This document shows positions 51,561 to 64,000 of a stretch of 64,000 bases of DNA, piece by piece. Position 1 is the stretch's first letter, and each line of letters begins with the position of its first letter. The position numbers were made by a program, and so were the translations under genes. Below the pieces are notes generated by a model that saw only the letters and a list, made by a program, of their open reading frames with translations, had not been told where the DNA came from and made no database searches. The DNA comes from Octopus bimaculoides (Eukaryota), in the NCBI RefSeq assembly GCF_001194135.2, contig NC_068985.1, positions 72,179,831 to 72,243,830 on the forward strand, given 5' to 3'.

Positions 51561-52259
51561 TGATTTTTTTTTTTAATTCATTTTTTTTTTACGTTAAACC
51601 CAGAGGAAACTGTGGCATATTAATGAGGTGTGAATACAGATAGAATAATTTGCTGTATCCTGCTTCCTGATATACAAACTCTTAAACTATATATGTTCTA
51701 TTTAAGAGTGAGCCATAGGCAAACAGCCTCAAAACATATTAATATCATGAGTATTTTGAAAAACAGTGACAAATGTGATATTAAAAACTGAAATTACTAA
51801 CAATTTATTTTCATGCAATTTACTGTCTATTTAACTGCAATTTGTAGTCCATTTAGATGCATTTTTTGGTGCACTCAACTGTTAATGAAAAGAACATTTT
51901 CTTCTCATGACAAAAAGATATAACTAATATAGATTTTCTTGCTATTTAATTCAGAGAGAATCTTTACATGTACATGTGTACATGTAGGGAGGGAGAGCGA
52001 TAGTTTTGAACTGTAGGCCTATGTATTCATGTGCATAAAACTGCTTGTGCTTGTATGAATGTATGTATGATTAGAATGTAATGTAAGTCTGTGTAGGCTA
52101 GAATGTTTTCTTGATTGGTTTTAGAATTTTTTTTTAACCTGCTATCTACTTGGTGGCTTGGTTTTGAAAAGATTTTTTTCTTTTTACAAAATCTGTTGCG
52201 GAATAAAGTGACAATGCCAATGCTTGTGTGTTTACACATGCATATGTACCTATAGATCA

Positions 52260-52735
52260 TTGGCATGACCAAATGTTTGTTTTGCATTTATGAGATCCCA
52301 GGTTTGATCCTTTGGGCAATCAAACATTTCTGCCATTGCAAGATATGTGAGTAAAATCATGTAAATGGAGATTGTATGGAATCCCATTGGATGGACTACC
52401 TGCAACTCAGAGAGCCAATCTTAGGAAATAATATGCTAAAATATACACACACACACATGTTAAAAGAATATTGGCAGGATATCCCTGTCATGATTTTGAT
52501 AAAATGCAAATACAGCAGACCAGACATAATGATCTGGGATAGTGAAAGAAACTATCTACTGTGATTGAAATCAGATGCCCAGCAGAGGTCAACACAATGT
52601 TCAAGAGTAGTGTAAAAGGACATCTATGCCAAAATGATGAGAAATCTGCAAGTACTCCATCCAGAATGTATAACTTTAAGATTTCTATCATTGATTATTG
52701 GGGCACCGAACAATGTGACTAACTACCTCAGTATC
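52260..52735 (+). mobile_element. RLE-type (R4/Dong/NeSL-like) non-LTR retrotransposon C-terminal remnant
   Basis: EYWQDIPVMILIKCKYSRPDIMIWDSER..VIEIRCPAEVN..KDIYAKMMRNLQVLHPE..FLSLIIGA: RPD...E..P restriction-like endonuclease signature, frameshifted. Confidence 0.72.
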
Positions 52736-53708
52736 TGTCTTGAGAAGCAGTGATTTACAAAACCAAAAGGAGATACCTGATCAGATTTATAACTACAAGC
52801 TGTCATAGGTACTGTCAAAACAAGCTTGGCAATACTATTCATATCTGTGCCCATGTATACAGGTACACATGTTTGCATGCATGCATACATATATACATGC
52901 ATGTATGTGCATACAAGGCTATTCTGTCTGGTGTTATCCAAATTCCAAGGGTCTTGTTTCTAGGCTAGAAATCGGCAAGTTTTCCATTGGTGAGAAATTT
53001 AAAAAAATTAAAACCAAGACTGAGCATATATACATATGTGTAGATATGCACATGTATACACACATACATGCACAAACAAGCCAATAATAGGCCATCTTTG
53101 TCATCACAGTCTTTGCTAGAAATAGAAACCATTCATCAATTGCACCTTACCTTATTGTAGCCCATGCTACATTACATCTGAAAGGAAAAACAAACAGAAT
53201 GATCATGGCTGGAAGGTCTTTCATTGCAAGTCTGCATGATCAGTCCAGACAGAGCTAAACGATAACATATGCAATCACTTGCACACATACATAGTCATAC
53301 AAATACAGCACAACAGAGACAGGGAAAAGAGATTATACACAGCAGTAGAAACCAGTTGTCCAGTGGATGTTAACATAATGTTAAAGAGAAAAACAATAAA
53401 AATATCTATGGTGAGCTAATGAGAAATCAGCAGATATGACATTGAGTGTAGAACTAAAGATTTGTAGATGTGATTATTGAAATATTTGCTTATGTAATTA
53501 ACTGCGCTAGTACTAATCTTTAGAAGCTGGTTTTACAAAACCAGAATGGATATGGCTAATGAGAAAATTACAATTATAAGCCAATAATGGAATTGTAAAT
53601 GTAAGACTTACCTGAGGTCTAGTCTGTGTTATGTACATACATACATATATACATACATGCCCATTAAATATCTTAAATATGTTTAGAATTTAGAAACAAA
53701 CCCTTAAT

Positions 53709-53761
<53 letters not shown>

Positions 53762-54339
53762 CATTATTTTCTGTCTTCCTAAATTGCCTAATTTCCGTTA
53801 TCTTGATCCTGGTAGATCGAAGAACACAATAAATGGGTTCCCATGAAAGAATGCAGAATGCATGATATATAGGAAAAAGGAAAAGAAAAGCCAGAAGCCA
53901 AAGCATGAGAAGAATAGGCTGAATCTTACAGCTGTCCTTTATTATCTAGCAGGTGAGGGATGGGTGATTCTTTACTTGCCTGTGATCACATGATCTTGGC
54001 TAGACCTCTTGAGAGGAATTCTTGCTCTGTTCCGACTCAAGATTGAAAACCTTTTCTATAATCAATAGAGCAAGAGCCGTTCATCTAATTTTGTAATTTT
54101 GTATGTGTGCATACACATACATACATGTATATACTTGCATACTTACACACACACACACATATACATCTACATAAACATGTACTCACAAACACATAGATGT
54201 GTACATATGTATACACGCATGTATTTGTGTGTGTATGTGTGTATATACACACACACAAATACACATATATTTAAACAAACATATTTACCTACACACATAT
54301 ATATAAGTAGGTATGCATTTATGTGTCCAAATATATATA

Positions 54340-54760
54340 TATATATATATATATATGCATATATATACATGTATATATGTATATAGTTATATATATATGC
54401 ATATATATACATGTATATATGTATATAGTTATATATATATTCATATATATATACACATATATATATATATATATATATATATGCATATATATACATGTAT
54501 ATATGTATATAGTTATATATATATGCATATATATACATGTATATATGTATATAGTTATATATATATTCATATATATATACACATATATATATACATGTAT
54601 ATATGTATATAGTTATATATATATTCATATATATATACACATATATATATATACATGTATATATGTATATAGTTATATATATATTCATATATATATACAC
54701 ATATATATATACATGTACATACATATATATATATGCATATATATACATATATATATATAT
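54340..54760. repeat. Higher-order minisatellite built from a (TA)n microsatellite
   Basis: Repeated units containing ATATATACATGTATATATGTATATAGTTATATATATAT, with GC/TC variants and larger-unit duplication. Confidence 0.85.
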
Positions 54761-55564
54761 ATACACACACACACATGTACATACATACATATATATATAT
54801 AAGGTATATATGTGTGTGTTCTATGTTGACTATAGCAAATTTGTTGACATGGGCTCTTTTTTCCCTAGCCAAGCTGCCACTGACAACAGCTCTCTAAGTT
54901 ACTGCAACCACTTCCACTGCAGTTAGCATCTATTGAGGCTGCTACTGCTACCATCACCACCACTACCAGTACTACTATGGCTGCTGCTGTTGTTGCCAGC
55001 ATCTTAAGAGTTGTTAAGCTGTCAATGAAATAAGTAGTAGATTTTTCAGTTATATTGTTTGACCAATTATTGATAGACCTATTGAAATACTGCATCTTAA
55101 TACATTGAATACTCACATTCTATTCTATTTCTTTCATTTTTTCCTTTGTTATTCTTCATATATATATATATGTGTGTATATATGTGTGTGTGTGTGTATT
55201 TATAGGGGAAGGAGAGCAAGTTTATATGTACATTGTGTGTGTATCTTTACTTATTCTTCATGCTCTAATGTGGAGGGAAAGACAAAAGGAGGTTGACTAG
55301 ATCGAGAGAAAGTGTGAGAAAAACGTGTGTGTGTGTGTATTTTTACTGTGCTTTCCTCATTCTAATCAGGGAAGAGTATGAAACGTAGAGAAAAAATAAA
55401 TAGTGTGAAAGAAGGATGAATGAACATATATTCAAAGGAAATAAGCATGCACTCTCACATACACACACACATGTACATATGCTCAATCATGCATGTGTGT
55501 GTATTAGATGTGGAATGAAGTGAGCAGTGACAGATAATGAGTGAAGAAGCGGGGTGAGATCGAG

Positions 55565-55602
<38 letters not shown>

Positions 55603-57406
55603 GAAGTGACAAAAACGTAATGTGGAAGGAAAGGCATTTGAGGAAGAAACAAGTAGCAGAAAGCATAGGAATGAAGAAAGAAGGTAGGAAATGAGAAAGG
55701 AAGAGAGAAAGACAGAGATAAGAAAAAGAGAGAAGGAAGAAGAGAAAAAGATGGCCACAGAGATAGATGAAGAGAGAGAGGGGGAGGAGTGTGAGTGGGA
55801 TGTATACATTTACCAGAAACATGACACAGAACGTTCAATATACCTTATCTGTTGTTGCAATAATACCATAGGTTTTCTCTGTCAGTGGTCAATAAGTAGC
55901 CATAGCTACACCACAAAGAGCCACACACACGCACATATTGTCAATAGGTAACAGTGATGATGATGAGGATGGTGACGATGCCACCTCCATCATTTTGGAC
56001 GATAGGCATTCAGTTGGTTGCTCAATCAACAGAAGTATTTACACATTGAATAAACATGTAAGTGGTTGAGTATTAAAACAGCCACACATGTATCCTTAAT
56101 GTAATTCTCAGGTCAAAACCATTGTAACATAATATTTGAGAAAGCTGGACCTTTGAACAATCCAACTGACTGACTCCTGCTCAGCGTCCATTCACTCGGT
56201 TTCGCTCACAATGTTTTAACTGACCTGTGTCTATAGAAAAGACACTTAAAGCAGAGCTTCATAATTGCAAAACAAACTTCTTAAACTCTCAACCATGGTG
56301 TGTCCACCATAGTTACACATACACTGTTAGTGGTCAAGAAGTAACCATAGTTACATACGCGCCCTGTAGTCAGTAAGTAAATATAGCTAAACTTTCTCTC
56401 CTAATGATGAAGAAATCACAATAGCCATGCAGATGCATACCTACGCACACCCTCAATAGTCAATAGGTGACCATATCTGTACAAACACTGCTATAGGTCA
56501 TTAAATTACCATAGTACCAACATATTAACAGCTGGTATGTGGATATTTGAAGATATCTCACAAAGTGATGACCATGCCCAATATCGTTGTGGGTTACTCT
56601 TTGGCAAGGCAAAACACTCATTCAGCCACCATGCCAGGCATACGGCAAAGACATGGGAATGCAACATGGTGGATTGTGAAGAGGTAGCAGAAGAGCTCAG
56701 ATGAATTATTAGTGATACTTACCTTGATGCTGAGTGGAGGAATCCTAGAAGGTCAATGGTCAGAATCACCAAGTTCTATTAAGAGAGTAACTGCAATGCA
56801 TCCATAGGGGTGGCATCTATGGTTGTGTATCCAGCAAATGAAAGATTCACTATGACTCAAGCTCCCAATTTAAATTCATAATAGTGGAACTGGCAAGAGT
56901 CATGAGAATCCATGAAAGCAGCAAAAAGAGAAAAACAGTAGTTAATAAGTTACCATATGACCCAAACACTACTTGGCCAATAATGAGTAAACCAATAACT
57001 GATTTTAAATTAACCACTAAGGTTGACTTCACTTGATAAAATAGGAAAAAAACAAGAGCTATAGATGGTTAAATCAACTATTCCTTCCCAAATTTGTAGC
57101 CTTATGTATGCCAATGTAAGAAGTCATTATCAATATCAATGATAAACTCCAAATTGTGTAAGAAAAAATACATTGATGTATTTCAGGTATGAGCAACATT
57201 TTATGAGAATTGAGCTACCTGAGACATGGCTCATCATCTGGTGGGCTCTACTATTAAGAAATTCAAGGTCATTTTTCATTAGGCATGCTATCCAGAAAGC
57301 TTAGTGGGACATCATTTGAAGGCTAAAATGATGTAAAGCACATTGGGAGCAGCAATGTGTAACAATATCTCATAGTCTGGTTGACCACACGATCTCATTG
57401 TGTATG

Positions 57407-57451
<45 letters not shown>

Positions 57452-57774
57452 GTGTGTGTGTGTGTGGTGGTTTTTGGTGAGCAGCATCGATTTTACAATT
57501 CTGTAAGTAATAATTATATTTTATAAGCTTAAGGCTTATAAGCGGTCACCATGCAATGACTAAAGAAAAGTCTAATATTAGAGCATATAAGCACACAACA
57601 GAAAAAAGTAGAGTACGCGTACAAGAGCCCTACTTTCTCTGTCAATTATATGCCCAAATATTAGACTATCTTTTGTAGTCATTGCATGGTATAAGCTTTA
57701 AACTTCTAAAACATTAATATATATATATTTATGTACGTCCTGTACCCATGTGTGCATATATATGTATATATATA

Positions 57775-57814
<40 letters not shown>

Positions 57815-58123
57815 CATACATATTATGTATGTGTATGTATATATATGTATGTATATATGTATTTACATGTGTATATATATATATATAAAACAAAACTATT
57901 GCTAACTCTATGACCAGACAGTAAATTTTTGTTTTAACAGTTACTGTTCTATTCTTTAGAGTGTGCTTCTTGTCTTATATATGTTTTATTGACTATATAT
58001 GTGCGTGTGTGTATAAATATATATNNNNNNNNNNNNNNNNNNNNNNNNNNNNNNNNNNNNNNNNNNNNNNNNNNNNNNNNNNNNNNNNNNNNNNNNNNNN
58101 NNNNNNNNNNNNNNNNNNNNNNN

Positions 58124-58161
<38 letters not shown>

Positions 58162-58494
58162 AATATATATATCAAGGCTTGAGCACAAGTAGAAAAGGTT
58201 AAATGAAAGCAGAGAAATGTGTGTATATAAATATATATATATCTGTGTGTGTGTGTGTATATATGTGCATGTATATATATGTACATATATATATCATCAT
58301 CGTCGTTGCCATTTAAGATCCACTTTCCATGTTGGCATGGGTTGGACAGTTTGACTCAGGGCTGACAAGGAAGTAGGCTGCACCAGACTCCAATCTGATC
58401 TGGCAAAGGTTCTACAACTGGATGCCCATCCTAACACCAACTACTCCAGGAGTGTAGTGGGTGCTTTTTATGTGCCACCAGCATGGGACCATAT

Positions 58495-58536
58495 GTCTAT
58501 GTATATATATGTGTGCATATATATATGTATATATGC

Positions 58537-58574
<38 letters not shown>

Positions 58575-59180
58575 GTGTATATATGTATGTATATGTATGT
58601 ATATATATATATGTATATGTATATATAAGTGTATATGTGTATATATGTATGTATATGTATGTGTATATATATATATATATATATATGTATATGTATATAT
58701 AAGTGTATATATGTATGTATATGTATGTATATATATATATATGTATATGTATATATAAGTGTATATGTGTATATATGTATGTATATGTATGTATATATAT
58801 ATATATGNNNNNNNNNNNNNNNNNNNNNNNNNNNNNNNNNNNNNNNNNNNNNNNNNNNNNNNNNNNNNNNNNNNNNNNNNNNNNNNNNNNNNNNNNNNAT
58901 ATATATATATTTATATATGTATATATGTGTATGTATATATATATATTTGTATGTGTATATACATATGTATATATATGCATATATATTTGTATATATATAT
59001 ATATATATGCGTGTGTGTGTATATATATATATGTGTGTATATATATATATATGTATGTGTATGTATATATATATGTATATGTGTGTATATATATGTATAT
59101 ATGTATGTGTATATGTATGTATGTATATATGTATGTATGTATATATATATATATATATATATGCATGTATATATATCATC
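58495..59180. repeat. Compound (TA)/(TATG)/(TG) microsatellite with local higher-order repeats and an N-gap
   Basis: Direct inspection; ATATATAAGTGTATAT recurs three times. Confidence 0.9.
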
Positions 59181-59700
59181 ATCAGCATCATCATTTAATG
59201 TCTTTTCATGCTGGCATGGATTGGACGGTTTGACTGAGGACTTGCAAGCCAGAAGGCTATACCAGTCTCCAATTTGATCTTGTAATGTTTCTACAGCTAT
59301 ATCTATTTCCTAACTCTTAGCACTCCATGAGTGTTGTGAGTGCTTTTTATGTGCCACCAGCACGGGAGTCAGTCAGGTGGCAATGGTAACGACCCACACT
59401 CAAATGGTGCTTTTTACATACCGCTGGCAAGGAACCAGTCAGGTGGCACTGGCTTCAACCATGCTTGAATGCTGCTTTATTACAAGCCACCAGCATGGGC
59501 ATTGGCCACGACAATGACTTCACTTGCCTGAACAGGTCTTCGCAAACACAGGTTATTGCCCAATGATTGAAGAGTACTCTTAAGTGAGCTAGTTATGCTG
59601 CACTAGCACAGGCCACGGTTACGGTCTCACTTGCCTTGCTGGGTCTTCTCAAGCACAGCGCATCTCCAAAGGTCTCAGTCACTCATCACCGTCTCGCGTG
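59175..59700 (-). mobile_element. 5'-truncated RTE LINE 3' end with (CAT)n tail on + strand
   Basis: Minus strand DLWRCAVLEKTQQGK* followed by the same 3'UTR and tail as the 45.7 kb copy. Confidence 0.78.
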
Positions 59701-59982
59701 TGTATATATATATGTATATATATATATATATATGATGGTCTTCTTTAAGTTTTCAGCTGCAAAATTCACTCACAAAGGTTTGGTCAGACCAAGGCTGTAA
59801 AGCATGACACTTTGCCAAAGTTGCTGTGCAGTGGGACTGAACCTGAAACCAGGTGGTCGGGAAGCGAACTTCTTCACCAGACACCAGACAATTTTACCTG
59901 CACCTATACATCGTCTGTAAACCAATCTTTCACTTATAAGCCATAAATGCACTTGCATTGTGTGTGTTTATTTTTATATATA

Positions 59983-60122
59983 CAATAATTCCTCGTCTAT
60001 TGCAAGTGTTATTTTCCAAAACCCCGCCGTGATTGGTGAAAATCCGCAAAGTAGAAACAGTACTGTACTGTATATTTATTTCATTATTTTTATAATTTGT
60101 ATATATTTATTTTATTATAAAT
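59983..60122. mobile_element. Possible pogo/Tigger-type MITE end running into an N-gap
   Basis: TA-CAATAATTCCTCGTCTATTGCAAG resembles Tigger-type TIRs. The second TIR is not seen. Confidence 0.38.
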
Positions 60123-61390
60123 NNNNNNNNNNNNNNNNNNNNNNNNNNNNNNNNNNNNNNNNNNNNNNNNNNNNNNNNNNNNNNNNNNNNNNNNNNNNNN
60201 NNNNNNNNNNNNNNNNNNNNNNNNNNNNNNNNNNNNNNNNNNNNNNNNNNNNNNNNNNNNNNNNNNNNNNNNNNNNNNNNNNNNNNNNNNNNNNNNNNNN
60301 NNNNNNNNNNNNNNNNNNNNNNNNNNNNNNNNNNNNNNNNNNNNNNNNNNNNNNNNNNNNNNNNNNNNNNNNNNNNNNNNNNNNNNNNNNNNNNNNNNNN
60401 NNNNNNNNNNNNNNNNNNNNNNNNNNNNNNNNNNNNNNNNNNNNNNNNNNNNNNNNNNNNNNNNNNNNNNNNNNNNNNNNNNNNNNNNNNNNNNNNNNNN
60501 NNNNNNNNNNNNNNNNNNNNNNNNNNNNNNNNNNNNNNNNNNNNNNNNNNNNNNNNNNNNNNNNNNNNNNNNNNNNNNNNNNNNNNNNNNNNNNNNNNNN
60601 NNNNNNNNNNNNNNNNNNNNNNNNNNNNNNNNNNNNNNNNNNNNNNNNNNNNNNNNNNNNNNNNNNNNNNNNNNNNNNNNNNNNNNNNNNNNNNNTTTAT
60701 TAGTGTTACCACACATTTCCATGCATGTTTTGTTTTGTTTTTACATTGCTTTTCTTCTTCCTGATTGCTGTTTCCTAACTGCTACATTCACAGTTATTTC
60801 ATTACCATTCCGTGGTATAGTCCTCCCTGTCTGCTGCTGTTATGGCAATAGCTCTCTATTAACTACCACTCTTAGCTGTTGTTACATTTACACTTTGTGT
60901 TTTCACACAATTACTTATTGCCAATTGTACTTCATATAGTTTCTTCCTGGCAAATACATTTTTAGATTTTCGCCTCCAACCATTTTTTTTTTTTTGTTAT
61001 CTAAAATAACAACAGCAACAACTACTGTACTGTCATCTTCACCTCTGTGGCCACTACTTTACCTGTCATCTCCTTCAGGGTTGATAAAGTATATATCAGT
61101 CTTGTACAGGTATTGCTATAATTGACTGTTGCCTCTGTCCCAAATTTTGCCCATTAGATTGTTAGATTATTATCATCATTACTATTGTTTTTAAGTGGTG
61201 AATTGAGAGAATCATTGAAATGTTGCCTTGTGGTATTTGTTCTGGATCATTACATTCTGAGTCCAAATCCTACCAAGGTCACCTTTGCATTTCATCCTTC
61301 TGGGATCAAAGTGCCAATCAAGTTCTCGCAGACGACGCAAAATCACTATCCTTGTACCTAAATATAAAACTTATCATCACCATCATCATA

Positions 61391-61700
61391 GAGGCATGTG
61401 GCTTAGTGGTTAGTGTATTCGGCTCATAATTGCAAGGTCGTGAGTTCAATTCCCAGTGACACTTTATTTCATGTTGCTTCAGTCCACTCAGCTGGCAAAG
61501 ATTATTAGTAACTGTATTTCAAAGGGCTAGCCTTGTCACATTCTGCATCATACTGAATCTCCCTCAGAACTACATTAAGGGTACATCTGTCTGTGAAGTG
61601 CTCAACCACATTCATGTTAACTTCACAATCAAGCTGTTCTGTTGATGAGATCAACTGGAACTCGTGTCATCATAACCAACAGAATGCCAGTTTTATCATC
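61391..61700 (+). mobile_element. tRNA-derived SINE (B/C-type)
   Basis: TGGCTTAGTGGTTAG..GAGTTCAATTCCC boxes; GACACTTTATTTCA..CCACTCAGCTG core shared with 10239-10566 and 48370-48565. Confidence 0.8.
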
Positions 61701-62344
61701 ATCATCATGATAATAATTTTGGTTTGAAATTTTGGCACAAAGCTAGCAGCTTTGGGGGAGGGGTAAGTCGATTACATCGACCCTAGTGCTCAACTGGTAC
61801 TTATTTTATTGACCCTGAAAGATGAAGGGTAAAGTCACCTCTACAGAATTTGGAATCAGAACATAAAGACAGAGGCAAAATGTTACTAAACATTTTGATA
61901 ATCATAATAATTTTAACTGTTGTATGTGCATTTCAACTGCACTCTCAGCTTCATGCTGGTGTTATTGGACTTTGTGCAACATTTTCTTCTAGAGTATAGA
62001 ACTGTGCTAGTATATTTCATCAGTTTTGCTTTGTTGTAGGATTGGTTTGGTTGTTATGTCCGTTTGTTGTGTATAATATTTGCAATATGTCTTATTTTAT
62101 TTGGTGGTATGTGTACGTGTTTCATATGTAGTTTATGATTGGTGGTATTTTAATGTTGGCTAGTGATTGTGTAGGCTATGTGCTATGTAGAATGTGTTTT
62201 ATTATTGTGTGGCAACTATGTAGAATGTGTGTCATTATTGAGTATTGATTATGTAAATGTTTGTATTGCGTTATTTAATTAGATGGTGATTGTATTTCAT
62301 ATATGCTCTGTACATTGGTGTTCTATGTTTTATTACTGGATGGC

Positions 62345-62575
62345 GATAAAGGCAACAAGCTGGTACAATCATTAGCATGCTGGGCAAAATGCTTAGTGGC
62401 ATTTCATTCATCTTTGTGTTCTGCATTGAAATTCCACTGAGGTCGACTTTGCCTTTCATCCCTTCAGGGTCAGTAAAATGAGTATCAGTTGAGCATTGGG
62501 TGGGGAAGTCAATGTAATCGACTTACCCCTCTCCCAAACTTGCAGGCCTTGTGCCAAAATTTCAATCCAATACAG
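62345..62575 (+). mobile_element. SINE family E with conserved central domain (possibly MetaSINE-like)
   Basis: GTCGACTTTGCCTTTCATCC..AAAATGAGTA.CAG core. Further copies at about 46155-46365(-), 28190-28410(-), 61720-61890(-), 37770-37925(+), 20110-20300(+). The superfamily label is from memory. Confidence 0.7.
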
Positions 62576-63559
62576 GATGGTAATCATGATTACTATGTGT
62601 GCTGTGTAGGTTGCAATATATTATTTAGTGGCTCTTGAGTAGAATATGAGTTATATGAGCTATAGATTGAGTGTGGGAAATGTGAGCAGAATTAATAAAG
62701 TAATGGACAGTATACTTTATATTACTGTGTTCAGCCCCATCACATTCCTATTTGAGATCTTCTTGGAGTTGACACTCCTAGTTGAAATAAATAAGTACCA
62801 TTATAATGGAGGAATACATTGGTAAAAATAGCATTGTAGCATACAAAATACCTTGTAGAATTTAGTTTTTTGCTTCTCTCTACATTTTAAATTGTAATCA
62901 CAAGTCAGACTCAGGGGTAATAATTGAATACTAGTAATGTACTGAGGTTGATAAAATCAACTGCTTTGTCCACTGTCTTGCTTTCTTGTTTTTCAGTTAT
63001 TTATTATTTATATATTTATTTTTTATTCTTTATATTTATGTTCTTTATTCTTTACTTTTGTATTTTTTATTGTATTTGTTTCATCTTCCTCTGCTTTCTT
63101 GCTTTTTTTTTTCTCCTTCATTCTGGTCTTTTTGTTTTTCCTCTCATTCTTCTTTTTCTCCTTCTCCTCCTCTTCCTCCTTGTTACACGCTATATCAGTC
63201 GCTTCCCCTTCTTCCTTTCCTTTGCTCTGCTTCACTCCCTTCTTTTTTCTTACACTTATCTAGTGTCTTGCCTAACATTTCGTCCTTCTTTGCCACCAGC
63301 CCACTTGTATGTAAGAGACCACATCAAGGTTGTCTCCAAGTGTCAGCTGATCCAATGAAAACCACCCAATTGATGTGTATTTAAAGGAAATCCAAGTATG
63401 GATATTCGGATATTCAGTTGCCTGAGGAGCAAGAAAAAGAGATTCCAAGTTCTGACTCATGCAGACTCAGCTTTGAATAAATGTTATTACACTTTACTTA
63501 CCAGTATTGAGTACTTTTTTTCACTTCATTGAAATTCACACCAGTGTGAACCCATAATC

Positions 63560-63607
63560 ATCTATACACGAGTATGTATGTGTGTGTGCATGCGCGTGTG
63601 CTCAGGC

Positions 63608-63647
<40 letters not shown>

Positions 63648-63715
63648 GCACACACATATATATCTATTTACACACACACACATATATATACATAAATATA
63701 TAAATACATATATAT

Positions 63716-63758
<43 letters not shown>

Positions 63759-63847
63759 CACATGTATGCATATATACATAAATATACATATATATACACA
63801 CACACACACACATATATATATACACACACACACATATATATATATAT

Positions 63848-63896
<49 letters not shown>

Positions 63897-63910
63897 TATA
63901 CATATAGATA
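63560..63910. repeat. Compound (TA)/(CA) microsatellite
   Basis: Direct inspection. Similar tracts occur throughout (e.g. 160-275, 9940-10215, 24230-24830, 25820-26030). Confidence 0.9.
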
Positions 63911-64000
63911 TATCATTTTTAGAAAAGCATAAATCTGGAGAAGCACACTCTAAGAAGTAGAGCAGTCTATATTTTTTCCGGTCTATGGGGTTACCCTGGG

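Noticed and set aside
62924-63384. Hydrophobic 144-aa and 132-aa ORFs
   Set aside because: T/C-rich low-complexity sequence; compositional artefact.
104-63960. Dozens of ORFs reading [20 protein letters not shown]
   Set aside because: They are translations of dinucleotide microsatellites, not genes.
1-64000. CRISPR arrays, rRNA, prokaryotic operons or defence systems
   Set aside because: None seen. The sequence is eukaryotic intronic DNA with no regularly spaced repeat-spacer array.

Overview
AT-rich animal genomic DNA packed with microsatellites and transposons, with ten N-gaps. The repeat families (tRNA-derived SINEs with internal TA/TG tracts, RTE 3' tails ending in (GAT)n) point to an octopod cephalopod draft assembly; this is an inference. 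Only one host coding exon is well supported: a 200-nt + strand exon (22637-22836) encoding the CC0/CC1 cytoplasmic signalling motifs of a Roundabout (Robo) receptor. The window is therefore most likely intronic Robo sequence. The rest is TE debris: a dead full-length D34D mariner, a rearranged D41D (rosa-type) remnant, a fold-back non-autonomous mariner, a short Helitron with a Rep/Helicase fragment, hAT and TTAA (piggyBac-like) MITEs, CR1/L2-like, RTE and RLE-type LINE remnants, and many SINEs. Nearly all ORFs in the supplied track are microsatellite or N-gap artefacts. Best leads: (i) a 57-nt exon-like segment at 9222-9278 that is phase-compatible with the Robo exon but has an in-frame UAA inside a local hairpin (possible A-to-I rescue or an internal-start isoform; speculative); (ii) transposon-derived fold-backs that would form dsRNA in the Robo pre-mRNA; (iii) a pre-miRNA-sized hairpin at about 49.6 kb. 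I cannot demonstrate a new biological system from sequence alone. TE boundaries are approximate unless TIRs or TSDs are cited.
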